Under the pieces are notes generated by a model, which saw nothing but the letters and a program-made list of their open reading frames with translations, was not told the origin of the DNA and did no database searches. Position numbers and translations under genes: made by a program. From Oligoflexales bacterium (lineage in GTDB: Bacteria > Bdellovibrionota_B > Oligoflexia > Oligoflexales > RGVZ01): DNA of 64,000 nt. The stretch covers positions 403-64,402 of the forward strand of contig CANFEB010000009.1 in assembly GCA_947445775.1 (NCBI GenBank), written 5' to 3'. Shown here piece by piece: positions 9,324 through 19,210 of the stretch; positions within the stretch are counted from its first letter, which is position 1, and each line of letters opens with the position of its first letter.

Positions 9324-10616
9324 TCAGCCGCCGACCGTGCCCGCCATGTCGAACACTGGCAAATACATAGCAATCACAATGAAACCAACGACGGAGCCAA
9401 TACTCACAATCATTATTGGCTCAATCATGGACAGCAGCGTCTTGACGGCCAAGTCCACTTCTTCTTCGTAGAAATCAGCCACTTTTTGCAACATCTCGTC
9501 CAGAGCACCGGTGGCCTCGCCCACTTCAACCATGGACACAACCATTGGCGGAAAAAGCCCATCTTTGGATAGCGGTGTACTGAACTTTACACCCTGCTCA
9601 ATCTCAGCCCGCACGTAGAGGATGAAGTGCTCGATTCTCTTGTTGCCTGCCGAAGCCGCGCAAATAGACAGCGCTTCGAGCAGGTTCACACCGGCCTTGA
9701 GCATCGTGGACAATGTCGAACAAAAACGACCAACGGAAACCTTCCTGATCAAATCGCCGAGGACCGGCGTATACAGAACAAAACGGTCAAAGTATGCACT
9801 TCCCGACTCGGTCTTACGATAAAGATTTATTCCGACGATCACCACGACAACCCCACCAAAAACAGTGATCAGGTTGTTCCGGAAAAAATCAGAGACATCC
9901 ACGACAATTTGAGTCAATGCCGGCAGTTCCCGGCCGGAATCTTGAAACTGTTTGGCGAAGGTAGGGACAACAAAGGAGAGCAAGGCAGAAATCACCGCGA
10001 TGGAAGCGATCACCACAATTGCTGGATACATCATTGCAGATTTAACTTGCGCTTTTATCCTTGCGGCCTTTTCAATGTAGGTTGTGAGGCGCAGCAAAAT
10101 TTGGTCGATGCTACCGCTGGTCTCGCCGGCCTGCACCATGGCAATGTACAGGGTATCAAAGACACCCTTGTGTTTTCGCATGGCCTCACTAAGCGTCTTG
10201 CCGTTTTCGACATCCAACTGAAGTCTCTTCAAAACTAATCCGAAAATGACATTCTTCTGTTGCGCGGCAAGCACACTGATGGACTGAATAAGTGGGACTC
10301 CACTGGAGAGCATGGTTGCAAACTGCTTGGTGAAAATAACCATGTCACGGGTACTCGGTGCCCCACTTCCAAATAAAACTTGAAAGCCGCCCTTGCCATT
10401 TTGGACTATCTTCAGTGGTCCAAATGAGGTTACGCCTTCTGATTCGCCGCTAGCTTGAGACGATGCTGGTCGGCCTGTCTGCTTTTTCGAAATTGAGACA
10501 ACCTTCAGCCCCTGGCGTGTTAACCGGCTGCGGACGATGGCATCCGATGGACCGTTCATGACGCCATCGGTCACTTTGCCGTCCTTGCCCTTGGCCTTGT
10601 ATGCAAACTCCGCCAT
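9324..10616 (-). CDS. pilC: Type IV pilus assembly platform protein PilC (GspF family)
   Basis: 430 aa with two GspF/T2SSF repeats and three TM segments. Lies immediately downstream of the PilB-like ATPase. AAAGGA SD. Confidence 0.85.
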   Translation of the reverse strand: MAEFAYKAKGKDGKVTDGVMNGPSDAIVRSRLTRQGLKVVSISKKQTGRPASSQASGESEGVTSFGPLKIVQNGKGGFQVLFGSGAPSTRDMVIFTKQFATMLSSGVPLIQSISVLAAQQKNVIFGLVLKRLQLDVENGKTLSEAMRKHKGVFDTLYIAMVQAGETSGSIDQILLRLTTYIEKAARIKAQVKSAMMYPAIVVIASIAVISALLSFVVPTFAKQFQDSGRELPALTQIVVDVSDFFRNNLITVFGGVVVVIVGINLYRKTESGSAYFDRFVLYTPVLGDLIRKVSVGRFCSTLSTMLKAGVNLLEALSICAASAGNKRIEHFILYVRAEIEQGVKFSTPLSKDGLFPPMVVSMVEVGEATGALDEMLQKVADFYEEEVDLAVKTLLSMIEPIMIVSIGSVVGFIVIAMYLPVFDMAGTVGG

Positions 10617-10640
10617 AAAAAATCCTTTTCACAAATCGCT

Positions 10641-12368
10641 TTAAGCCGCTGCGACGACACTGAGATCACCATCATCGTCAGAAGCCGTGTTGCTCATAAC
10701 CTCCGCAAACGAAATCTGACCGGCAGCTAATTTCATAAGCGCTGACTGACGCAGGGTCCGCATGCCATTGGCCATAGCCACTTTTTTCAGGTTCATCGAC
10801 GCCTCACCGCTCATGATCGACTCGCGAATGGCATCGTTTACCTTGAGGACCTCATGAACAGCGATTCGCCCTTTGTTACCCGTGTTGCTACAGACACCGC
10901 ACCCCGTGCCTTTCATGGGTTTGATGCGCGCGGCAAAATGCGATGCGATGCCAGCTCTAATCAGCATTTCCGTCGTGATCGACTCGTCTAAGGTCTTGCA
11001 CTTCATACAAATTTTGCGAACTAGACGCTGAGCAGTGATGCAGTTCAAGGCTGAAACCAGGTTGAAAGATTCAACGCCCATATTCAACAGGCGTCGGATG
11101 GTGTCGGGGGCGCTGTTGGTGTGCAGGGTTGAGAGCACCATGTGGCCGGTGAGTGCGGCCTTGACGGCGATTTCGGCCGTCTCAAGATCCCGGATCTCGC
11201 CCACCATGATGACATCGGGATCTTGGCGCAGGAATGACTTGAGCGCCTCGGCAAAAGTAAGACCAATATCAGGCTTGGTCTGGACCTGGTTGATCCCCTC
11301 GATGTTGTATTCGACTGGATCCTCCGCAGTCATGATGTTGTCAGTCTCTTGGTTCAACTCAGTCAACGCAGAATAGAGGGTCGTCGTTTTCCCCGACCCA
11401 GTTGGCCCGGTCACCAGAACCATGCCGTAAGGGCTTTCAATGGAGGCCTTGAACCGGTCTAGTTGATCTTGCTCTAGGCCCAACTGGGTCATGTCCACCT
11501 TCAAATTGGACTTATCAAGGATACGCATCACGATCTTTTCGCCGTAAAAAGTCGGCAAACAGCTGACCCGGTAATCGATCGGATTAGATCCCATCAAAAT
11601 GTTGATGGCACCGTCTTGCGGCAAGCGGCTTTCCGCGATATCGAGGCGCGACATGATTTTGACGCGAGAAATCAGGGCCGGTTTCATGTTGATCGGGGGC
11701 CGCGTCAATTCATGCAACACACCGTCAACTCGCAATCGCACGCGAATATAGGTTTCGTAGGGTTCGATGTGAATGTCGGATGCCCCACGAGACTGAGCCT
11801 CAAGCAAAATATAATTGACCAGCTTGATGATGGGACCATCAGATTCTTGATTTCCGGCGCCAATCTGCTGGCGCTTGGCCCCAAGGACATCCACCGCATT
11901 TTCGAGGTCCTTGCCCTGCTTTTCGAGTTCCGACAAATCGGTGCTCGTACGCCCGTAATATTTGGCGAGAGCCTCCATCAAATGGCTCTCTGCCGCCAAC
12001 ACCGGGCGGGCAAAAAGGCCAGTTTTAAAGCGCACCGCATTGATGGTTTCGATCGCCCGGGGGTCGACCATGGCAATGACCAGTTCATTGGCTGCCTGCG
12101 AGACAGGAATGGCCTTTAACTTCATCGCCACATCGCGCGGAATCATTTCCGTGATCGTTCTTGGAATGCTGATCTCATCGAGGCGCACGAAAGGCACCCG
12201 ATACACCTTTGCCATGGCTTCAAGGTATTGTGCGACCGGAATAAATTCCAGCAGCTCGATCGCATGGGTCAGACTGATATCCGCATTATCGGCATGCTGT
12301 TCGGCCTGCAGCATTTGGTCTTCAGTCAGCCCCAAGGCTTTCTTGACGATGTCCCGAAATAGAATCAT
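10641..12368 (-). CDS. pilB: Type IV pilus assembly ATPase PilB (GspE family)
   Basis: N-terminal GSPII_E_N-like domain, Walker A GPTGSGKTT, Asp/His boxes and a tetracysteine CMKC...CGVC motif. Confidence 0.9.
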   Translation of the reverse strand: MILFRDIVKKALGLTEDQMLQAEQHADNADISLTHAIELLEFIPVAQYLEAMAKVYRVPFVRLDEISIPRTITEMIPRDVAMKLKAIPVSQAANELVIAMVDPRAIETINAVRFKTGLFARPVLAAESHLMEALAKYYGRTSTDLSELEKQGKDLENAVDVLGAKRQQIGAGNQESDGPIIKLVNYILLEAQSRGASDIHIEPYETYIRVRLRVDGVLHELTRPPINMKPALISRVKIMSRLDIAESRLPQDGAINILMGSNPIDYRVSCLPTFYGEKIVMRILDKSNLKVDMTQLGLEQDQLDRFKASIESPYGMVLVTGPTGSGKTTTLYSALTELNQETDNIMTAEDPVEYNIEGINQVQTKPDIGLTFAEALKSFLRQDPDVIMVGEIRDLETAEIAVKAALTGHMVLSTLHTNSAPDTIRRLLNMGVESFNLVSALNCITAQRLVRKICMKCKTLDESITTEMLIRAGIASHFAARIKPMKGTGCGVCSNTGNKGRIAVHEVLKVNDAIRESIMSGEASMNLKKVAMANGMRTLRQSALMKLAAGQISFAEVMSNTASDDDGDLSVVAAA

Positions 12369-12504
12369 GAATGCCTTTCTACGATGACCGGGAACGCCCT
12401 GGCCACTTATGCAAGATCGGCAAAAACTGGTTTTTTTTAAGTCGTGGTGAGCAAAGCCGGAGAAACTGGCAAGAATCAGCGAAAATGGGCAAGCAAACTA
12501 AAAA

Positions 12505-13176
12505 TCAGGAAACACCCAGTTCATTCCCATAGATCCGCTTGGCCCCCGCACGATGGTGGCGCAAAGACTTCAATTGCACAAAGGCCAGTTTTGCCAAGGC
12601 CTCTTGCTCATCAAAATCCATCGATTTTGTTGCATTTTTAAGGAATTTTTTAATGAACCCCAAGACCTGCTGGGGATGCATGACCAAGCCATTGCCCAAA
12701 AAAGCGCAATCTTCGCAAGGAAATACAAATCCCTGAAACACGGCCCCTTTTGTGAACCCGCGAAAGGATTCATCCCCCTTGGGCCTCAATTTATAAGAGG
12801 CACCGGTACGCAGGTCGCTCACGTTCATCTCTTCGGTGCCAACCAAAGAAAGCACTTCAAAAATCGAATTCCGAAATGATTCCAAGGCCAACACCAAGTT
12901 CGCCGGCGCCTGGTTCGGGCTATCCTGCCCGGCAAAGCATAAAAAGGGCGTCTTGGGGTGCCCAGGAACAGGGCGAAGCAGGACGAAATAGTCGAGAAAA
13001 TAACTCATCCTAGATTCGTAAAATGGGTCCTCGGGGAACACCTTGCCAAATCGGATATAGAATTCTTCTTTTGCCTTAACAAAGGCATCTTTACCGAACA
13101 CTGCCTCTGACTGAGACACAACGGATTCCAGCAGCTGGTCGGTCGTCGTTGTCGTCTGAAGTGAAAATGATTTCAT
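12505..13176 (-). CDS. Hypothetical protein
   Basis: ATG at 13176 forms an ATGA overlap with the stop of the upstream gene. 223 aa, no recognisable motif. Confidence 0.55.
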   Translation of the reverse strand: MKSFSLQTTTTTDQLLESVVSQSEAVFGKDAFVKAKEEFYIRFGKVFPEDPFYESRMSYFLDYFVLLRPVPGHPKTPFLCFAGQDSPNQAPANLVLALESFRNSIFEVLSLVGTEEMNVSDLRTGASYKLRPKGDESFRGFTKGAVFQGFVFPCEDCAFLGNGLVMHPQQVLGFIKKFLKNATKSMDFDEQEALAKLAFVQLKSLRHHRAGAKRIYGNELGVS

Positions 13177-13598
13177 TGATCCCGTCCGGAGGAAAATTCG
13201 AATAAGTATTCCCGTGAAATCCCGTACACAAAAGTCCCGATCCATGGAATTCGAAACGGTACGGCAAGCCAAACGGAGGCGTTGCGTCTGCCCACCACGC
13301 CCTGATTTGCGCTCAGATTTGCGTCATCCGGTTTTGTCGGTGAACTCAGGATAACATCTTCCATGGGAACATATAAGCCGCCACTCCTGTAGGCCGATTG
13401 GACCGCTCTTTTCAAAGAAACTTCATCAAGTTGCCCTAATGTTGACGGTTCAGCGGCCAGAATTTCCCCGGCTACGTGAGCGGCCCAAAACACACGCCCC
13501 GCTCCGACAAAAATCTGGTAAGTTGCCGCCGCCATAAAGGCCAGCGATAACGCCGCCAAAGTCACGTGAGTCCACGGATATTTAAACCGCTGGGGCAT
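13173..13598 (-). CDS. Hypothetical membrane-anchored protein
   Basis: ATG at 13598 is preceded by AAGGG. One N-terminal TM segment (VTLAALSLAFMAAATYQIFV). Overlaps the adenosyltransferase gene end by 17 nt. Confidence 0.5.
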   Translation of the reverse strand: MPQRFKYPWTHVTLAALSLAFMAAATYQIFVGAGRVFWAAHVAGEILAAEPSTLGQLDEVSLKRAVQSAYRSGGLYVPMEDVILSSPTKPDDANLSANQGVVGRRNASVWLAVPFRIPWIGTFVYGISREYLFEFSSGRDQ

Positions 13599-14190
13599 TC
13601 TTACCCTTTTGCTGCCACAAGATTTCCGGAACACATGCCTCCCGGGAAATCACGCGACCGACAACAAAAAACCAGTCGCTCAGACGGTTAAGATAGATCG
13701 AAACTTCTTCGCGAACAGACTCTTCATTCGCCAGTGCGACCACGGAACGCTCAGCCCTGCGGCAAACGGTTCGCACCACATGGGCCAGCGAATTTGCCGG
13801 GTGGCCACCAGGCAAAACAAAATTCATCAACGGTTCCAGCCCATCATTATATTCGTCCATCTCTTTTTCCAGGCGCGAGACTGATTCATGGGAAACGACC
13901 TGTTGACGCGCCGTGTTGAGCGATTCCACCGGCGTCGCGAGTTCTCCGCCCACATCAAACAATTCATTTTGGATCAGGCGCAAACGAACCATCAGCTCCG
14001 CGATGCACGCAATGGCCTTGTGCTGTTCCATCTGCTGCAGCTGGTCACGCAAAAGTCCCGTAAAGGAATTAAGTTCGTCGACCGTGCCGTAGGCCTCGAT
14101 GCGCAAATGATATTTGGGAACCTTGGTGCCGTTGGCCAGGCAGGTCATGCCCTTGTCACCGACTTTTGTGTAGATCTTAGTTAAACGCAC
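13582..14190 (-). CDS. ATP:cob(I)alamin adenosyltransferase, PduO/MMAB type
   Basis: N-terminal TKIYTKVGDKGMT and EAYGTVDELNS motifs. A GTG at 14190 with GGAGG 10 nt upstream gives a canonical N-terminus; the maximal ORF extends to 14271. Confidence 0.8.
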   Translation of the reverse strand: MRLTKIYTKVGDKGMTCLANGTKVPKYHLRIEAYGTVDELNSFTGLLRDQLQQMEQHKAIACIAELMVRLRLIQNELFDVGGELATPVESLNTARQQVVSHESVSRLEKEMDEYNDGLEPLMNFVLPGGHPANSLAHVVRTVCRRAERSVVALANEESVREEVSIYLNRLSDWFFVVGRVISREACVPEILWQQKGKNAPAV

Positions 14191-14341
14191 GTTGCGCAGC
14201 CCTCCGTGGGTGCACCCTACCGGGTCCTGATCGCTCCAGAAACAGGAAAAGCCGCGAACCAGCATCTTCAACTGGCGACGGCTCTGCGTCCATCACACGA
14301 AAATATCAACTTGGCCTAATAGACTTACTAATAGCCTTGGC

Positions 14342-14671
14342 CTATTCGAATTCGTCGTCCCCTGAAACACCCGTGTCCGTCACGCGTTCCTGGCGGTTCA
14401 CTGATTCGCGCAATTTATCCGACGGGTGGAAGGTGACCACCCGGCGCGCCGTGATTTCAATGCGTTGCCCCGTGTGCGGGTTGCGACCCGGACGTGAACG
14501 CTTTTCCTTGACCGTCCATTTGCCGAAGCCAGAAATTTTCACTTCGCGACCGTCTTCAAGCTTTTGCTTGACCTCTTCCAGGACAGTCTCAAGGATGTCC
14601 TTGGCCTCCTTCACAGGAAAACCAACCTTGTCGCGAATCATTTCAATGAGGGTATCCTTGGTCAACGTCAT
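14342..14671 (-). CDS. HU/IHF family DNA-binding protein (IHF alpha-like)
   Basis: GFGKW...RPGRNPHTGQRIEI beta-arm motif with Pro. ATG at 14671 with GGGAG SD. Acidic C-terminal tail. Confidence 0.85.
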   Translation of the reverse strand: MTLTKDTLIEMIRDKVGFPVKEAKDILETVLEEVKQKLEDGREVKISGFGKWTVKEKRSRPGRNPHTGQRIEITARRVVTFHPSDKLRESVNRQERVTDTGVSGDDEFE

Positions 14672-14802
14672 GACAACTCCCACGTTTTCACCTATGAATC
14701 TCTAACTGCCTAAAATATATTACCAAGTTCCTGCGAAGACGGAAAGAAACCGGTCCCGGCAGAGTCAAAATTTGCGCCTTTCATTGCAGGAGAGCGGGCT
14801 TC

Positions 14803-15795
14803 ATGGCCACCAAGCAAACGAAACGTGTCCTGACAGGGTCTCGTGCCACGGGAATGCCCCACCTTGGCAACTACTTTGGCGCCTATAAGCCGGCCATAGA
14901 CCTGCAAGATCGTTATGAACTCTTCCTTTTTTTGGCAGATTTCCACGCACTCAATGAACACAATACGCCGGATGAAAACCGCCTGAACAGCTACCGGATG
15001 GTGGCGACATTTTTGGCCTGCGGACTGAATCCGGCAAAAAGCCTGCTGTATGCGCAATCTGCAGTTCCTGAGGTCAACGAATTGGCTTGGATCCTGAGTT
15101 GCCAGGTGCCCTTTGGGGTCATGACCCGCGCACACTCCTTCAAGGATGCCCAGGCCAAGGGGGTCGACATCAATATGGGTGTTTTCAACTACCCGATCCT
15201 TATGGCGGCAGATATTTTGATGTTTGACGCCAACCTTGTTCCGGTTGGCCAAGACCAGAAACAACATCTGGAAATGGCTCGCGACATGGCCCAGCGATTC
15301 AATCATCATTATGGGGAAACTCTGGTCATTCCGGAGCCAATGATCTCCGAAGCCGTTGCTGTTGTGCCAGGGACGGACGGGGAAAAAATGAGCAAGTCCA
15401 AGAACAACACCATTGCGCTCTTTGCCGAAGACAAGGAATGGAAGAAGCAAATTCTCAGCATCGTGACGGATGCCAAGGGGCTTGCGGATCCGAAAAATCC
15501 CGAAACCTGCAATGTCTTCAGAGTTTTTTCATTGCTCGGCACACCGGATGAAATCAGCGCCATGCGCGACAAATACACCGCTGGCGGCTATGGCTACGGT
15601 CACGCTAAAATGGAACTCCTCGACAAAATCAAGGCGACATTCGGTCCAATACGTGATCAGTACAATCATTGGATGGGACGTCAGGAAGATTTGCGAAATC
15701 TTTTGCATGACGGGTCTCGCAAAGCTCGTGTTCTTGCCGGCGAAAAGTTGAACCAGATTCAAGACCGGCTGGGACTCATTGGCCGCCCGTTCTGA
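14803..15795 (+). CDS. trpS: Tryptophan--tRNA ligase
   Basis: Class I motifs PHLGNY (HIGH-like) and KMSKS. 330 aa, typical bacterial TrpRS length. Confidence 0.9.
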   Translation: MATKQTKRVLTGSRATGMPHLGNYFGAYKPAIDLQDRYELFLFLADFHALNEHNTPDENRLNSYRMVATFLACGLNPAKSLLYAQSAVPEVNELAWILSCQVPFGVMTRAHSFKDAQAKGVDINMGVFNYPILMAADILMFDANLVPVGQDQKQHLEMARDMAQRFNHHYGETLVIPEPMISEAVAVVPGTDGEKMSKSKNNTIALFAEDKEWKKQILSIVTDAKGLADPKNPETCNVFRVFSLLGTPDEISAMRDKYTAGGYGYGHAKMELLDKIKATFGPIRDQYNHWMGRQEDLRNLLHDGSRKARVLAGEKLNQIQDRLGLIGRPF

Positions 15796-15839
15796 CCGCG
15801 ATTGGCGCCGAATCAGTCAACCCGTTTGCATGGAGGCAG

Positions 15840-18152
15840 ATGATGGGCTTACAAAATTGGACGCCGAAAAAAATAATCGCTATCGCCGTCATCGGAATGC
15901 TCACAATCGTGATCGTATGTATCCTTTGGGTGGTCAAACGCCAAGGACTCGCCGAACGGGAATATGCCGGACAATTGCCGGGAACTTCCATCTCATTTGA
16001 CGACTCTGGTATTCCCACCATCGTTGCCGATGACTGGGTGGAATTGGCGAAGGCACAGGGATTTGTCGTGGCCAGCGAACGCCTGTGGCAAATGGACCTC
16101 ATCCGCCGTAAAGCCGGTGGCCGACTGGCGGAGTGGTTTGGCCCCAAGGCTCTTGATCTGGACATCCGCGCTCAACGAGAAGACCGCAAAACCATCATCG
16201 AAGAATCCGTAAAACTGCTGCCGAAGGAGCACCAGGATTTTTGTAATGCCTATGCCGTTGGGGTCAATCGCTTTATTGATAAATTTCCTGGCCGCTGGGG
16301 GGTGGAATATTCCATCACTCGCCAGCAGCCGGAAGCATGGACCTGCGAAGATTCATTGCTAGTCGTTCTATCAATGGCCGAAATGTTGACCTCAGGAAGT
16401 GAGCGCGAATTGGTTCAGGCAAAATGGCGCAACGTGCTGCCGCCAGAATGGGAATCATTCGTCTATACATCAGATCATCCCTGGAACGTTCCCTACTTCA
16501 ACGCCGGCGAGAGAAAGCCGATCGTGATTCCAAACGGCGAGAATGCCTTACCTGAAGAGCCGCTGCGCACTGAGGAATTTGCTCATGCCGGCGAATTAAA
16601 TACTGAGCCCTATGCGATGGGCAGCAACTCTTGGGCATGGCACGGGCCCGCTGGATCCTTCCTGGCCAACGATCCGCACCTGGCCCAAAGCACACCGCAA
16701 CTTTGGTACGCCTTGCGCCTGAAAACAAAAGGCGGCGAACAGGCAACGGGGGTTGCACTGCCAGGTCTGCCCGGAGTAATCCTCGGTATGAACTCCCACA
16801 TGGCATGGGCGTTCACAAATGTCGGTGAAGACGTGGACGACCTGCTTGAGGAAACAATTAGCGCGGATGGCACTAAATATTTTTCTGGCCCTCATGACTC
16901 GACGGCCTCAATTGGAAACTGGCGGGCCATTGAAATCAAAACCGTTCAAATTCCGGTCAAGGGAAACGCCCATCATAAACTTACCGTCCGCAAGACACAC
17001 CGCGGCCCACTCATGGAAATTCCTGAGGGCAGCGGCAAATTTTACAGCCGTCAGTGGCTGCCCCTCAAGCCGGGCAGAATTGGAATCCCCACCCTTGACT
17101 TGAACCGGGCCACGAACTGGGACGAATTAAATGCCGCAGCCGACCGTTTCACCGTTCCAGCCCAAAATGTGCTGATCATGGATCGCAGGGGCAATATTGG
17201 CTACCGGGCAACTGGCACCGGCGTCATCCGTGAAGTGTCGGGGCGCAAGCCGCAACCGGCGCCCCTCGGGGAATGGAAGGGTTTCGCGCCGCCGGCTGAG
17301 AGGTCCAGAATGTGGATTGAAGCCGAACGCGGCACAAAACCAACTTCAATGGCCACCGCCAACCAACGGATGTGGGTCGACCGCTTTGGTCATGGATGGG
17401 AGGGCGAAGACCGCCAGGAGCGGATCACCTCCGTTCTCGCAAGTCGCAACAATCATACCCAGGAACAAATGCTGGAACTTCAGTTAGATGTGACCTCGCG
17501 TTTCCGGCGGGAACTTTTGCACTGGGCTGCGATCAATTCTGTATCATCCAACGAGCTGGAACAGAAACTTCAGCAAAAATGGTTGCGATGGGATGGCTCT
17601 GGCCGCAGCGATCCCGCCGCCTTTGGGGAAAGCATTGCCGCAGAAAGCTTGCTGTACACCATCCTTCTGGGTCGCCTCAAAGCACGCTACAAGCCAGAAC
17701 TATTGGACGGTGAGAAGTATCACTGGAAACTACAACGGGCGTGGCTCATGGCCCTGATCGGCAAAAAAAATGGCTCCCAGGCGTTTGGCTTGGAGGATGC
17801 TACGCTAGCAACCGCCGTCCTGAGGCAGGTGGCAGCCAATCCGCCTAAAGAATCCTATCAAGAACTCAACCAATGGCGCGGTCAGCATCCTTTCGTAGGG
17901 AATGTACCGGCCTTTGGATGGTTTTTTCGGGTCAAAAGCAATTCGCAATTCGGTTATGCCGACCTTATCCGCGCAGAAAAGCCGGACCACGGACCCTCGG
18001 TACGGATGATCTGGAACCTTGGACGCCCCGAAGACAGCACCTGGATGTTTCCGGTTGGACAATCCGGTCACTTGGGATCCAAGCATTATTCGGATCTGCG
18101 GTCACGGTGGACGGACGGCGCCATGATGAAAGTTACGCCGCCAGAAATTTAG
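15840..18152 (+). CDS. Penicillin acylase family (S45 Ntn hydrolase; possible acyl-homoserine-lactone acylase)
   Basis: 770-aa precursor with an N-terminal TM/signal segment. Contains the Ntn nucleophile context MGSNSWAW and the ERLWQMD motif of the alpha chain. Confidence 0.85.
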   Translation: MMGLQNWTPKKIIAIAVIGMLTIVIVCILWVVKRQGLAEREYAGQLPGTSISFDDSGIPTIVADDWVELAKAQGFVVASERLWQMDLIRRKAGGRLAEWFGPKALDLDIRAQREDRKTIIEESVKLLPKEHQDFCNAYAVGVNRFIDKFPGRWGVEYSITRQQPEAWTCEDSLLVVLSMAEMLTSGSERELVQAKWRNVLPPEWESFVYTSDHPWNVPYFNAGERKPIVIPNGENALPEEPLRTEEFAHAGELNTEPYAMGSNSWAWHGPAGSFLANDPHLAQSTPQLWYALRLKTKGGEQATGVALPGLPGVILGMNSHMAWAFTNVGEDVDDLLEETISADGTKYFSGPHDSTASIGNWRAIEIKTVQIPVKGNAHHKLTVRKTHRGPLMEIPEGSGKFYSRQWLPLKPGRIGIPTLDLNRATNWDELNAAADRFTVPAQNVLIMDRRGNIGYRATGTGVIREVSGRKPQPAPLGEWKGFAPPAERSRMWIEAERGTKPTSMATANQRMWVDRFGHGWEGEDRQERITSVLASRNNHTQEQMLELQLDVTSRFRRELLHWAAINSVSSNELEQKLQQKWLRWDGSGRSDPAAFGESIAAESLLYTILLGRLKARYKPELLDGEKYHWKLQRAWLMALIGKKNGSQAFGLEDATLATAVLRQVAANPPKESYQELNQWRGQHPFVGNVPAFGWFFRVKSNSQFGYADLIRAEKPDHGPSVRMIWNLGRPEDSTWMFPVGQSGHLGSKHYSDLRSRWTDGAMMKVTPPEI

Positions 18153-18156
18153 GGGC

Positions 18157-18184
18157 TTGCCGGACGATCCTGAGTGTTTATACT
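18157..18184 (+). promoter_or_regulatory. Candidate sigma70 promoter for the ABC (GldA-like) operon
   Basis: TTGCCG (-35), 16-nt spacer, TATACT (-10), about 80 nt upstream of the ATG at 18264. Pattern match only. Confidence 0.35.
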
Positions 18185-18263
18185 GCTGACAGTAAATTTT
18201 CGCTATCTGCGCTACCTGCGGAACTTGTTGAACACATACGTTGAACATCCATGGAGGAAATTC

Positions 18264-19193
18264 ATGATTGAGGTGAAAGGTCTGTCCAAACGATTTGGAC
18301 AGGTTCAGGCCCTGAACGATGTCTCGTTCACTGTTGAAAGGGGCCAAATCGTAGGATTTTTGGGCGCCAACGGTGCCGGGAAAACCACAACAATGGACAT
18401 ATTATGCGGATGTAGCGGTGCCGACAGCGGTTCTGCCTCCATCGCTGGATATGACATCACGGAACAGCCCATTGAGGCCAAATCACGATTGGGCTACTTG
18501 CCCGATGTTCCACCGCTTCACGGCGAAATGTCAGTTGAAGATTTCGTGACCTACGCCGCAAAACTTCACAAGGTTCCGTTCAATGCTCTGAATGCACGGG
18601 TCAGCGACACGCTGCAACGCCTGTCATTGACTGAAGTGCGCCAGCGCTTGGTCGGCAATCTCTCCAAAGGTTTCCGCCAACGCGTGGCCTTGGCTCAGGC
18701 CATTGTCCACGACCCTGAGGTTTTGATTTTGGATGAGCCGACGGAGGGTCTGGACCCAGGTCAAATCGTTCAAATCCGCGAGCTGATTCGCTCACTTGGC
18801 GGCAAGCACACAATCATGCTCAGCTCGCATATTCTGTCGGAAGTGCAAAACACGTGTGACCGGATCGTCATCATCAACAAAGGACGTATCGTCACACAAG
18901 GAACCTATGAGGAACTGACCCGCGACCTGTCCCAGGGGAAGGTTTTCCGCCTGCGGGTTGCGCGCTCAGCGAACGACGCCCTCTCCCGGGTGCGCGGAAT
19001 GCCGGGAGTAGTCCACGCTAAAATCGAGGACGGCCCCGCAGGGGATTCCATTGAATTTGGTTTGGAAAAATCCGCGAGCGACAACGCTCCGGAAGACGTT
19101 GCACGCATTGTCATGGATGGTGGATTCGGATTTAGAGAGTTGCGTCAAAAAACAAAATCTCTGGAAGAAGTCTTCTTCCAGGTCACCAAGTAA
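18264..19193 (+). CDS. ABC transporter ATP-binding protein, GldA-like (ABC-2 subfamily)
   Basis: Walker A GANGAGKTT, signature LSKGFRQRVALAQAI and Walker B LILDEPTEGLD. ATG at 18264 with GGAGGA SD. Confidence 0.9.
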   Translation: MIEVKGLSKRFGQVQALNDVSFTVERGQIVGFLGANGAGKTTTMDILCGCSGADSGSASIAGYDITEQPIEAKSRLGYLPDVPPLHGEMSVEDFVTYAAKLHKVPFNALNARVSDTLQRLSLTEVRQRLVGNLSKGFRQRVALAQAIVHDPEVLILDEPTEGLDPGQIVQIRELIRSLGGKHTIMLSSHILSEVQNTCDRIVIINKGRIVTQGTYEELTRDLSQGKVFRLRVARSANDALSRVRGMPGVVHAKIEDGPAGDSIEFGLEKSASDNAPEDVARIVMDGGFGFRELRQKTKSLEEVFFQVTK

Positions 19194-19210
19194 GGGAGGC
19201 AAGGGAATAA

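Noticed and set aside
12391-12405. Sigma54-like element (TGGCC-N6-TTCC on the minus strand) upstream of pilB
   Set aside because: The -12 element reads TTCC instead of TTGC, so the critical GC is missing. Its position would leave a leader too short to carry the SD comfortably. Not reported as a feature.
14191-14341. Possible cobalamin riboswitch in the 151-nt region upstream of the PduO-type adenosyltransferase
   Set aside because: I could not find a B12-box-like core or the expected GCCACTG-type element. Only short direct repeats (ctaatag x2, ttggccta x2) are present. A covariance-model scan (Rfam RF00174) would be decisive.
14710-15450. 246-aa ORF antisense to trpS
   Set aside because: It overlaps the TrpRS gene, which has both HIGH and KMSKS motifs. 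Mirror-frame artefact.
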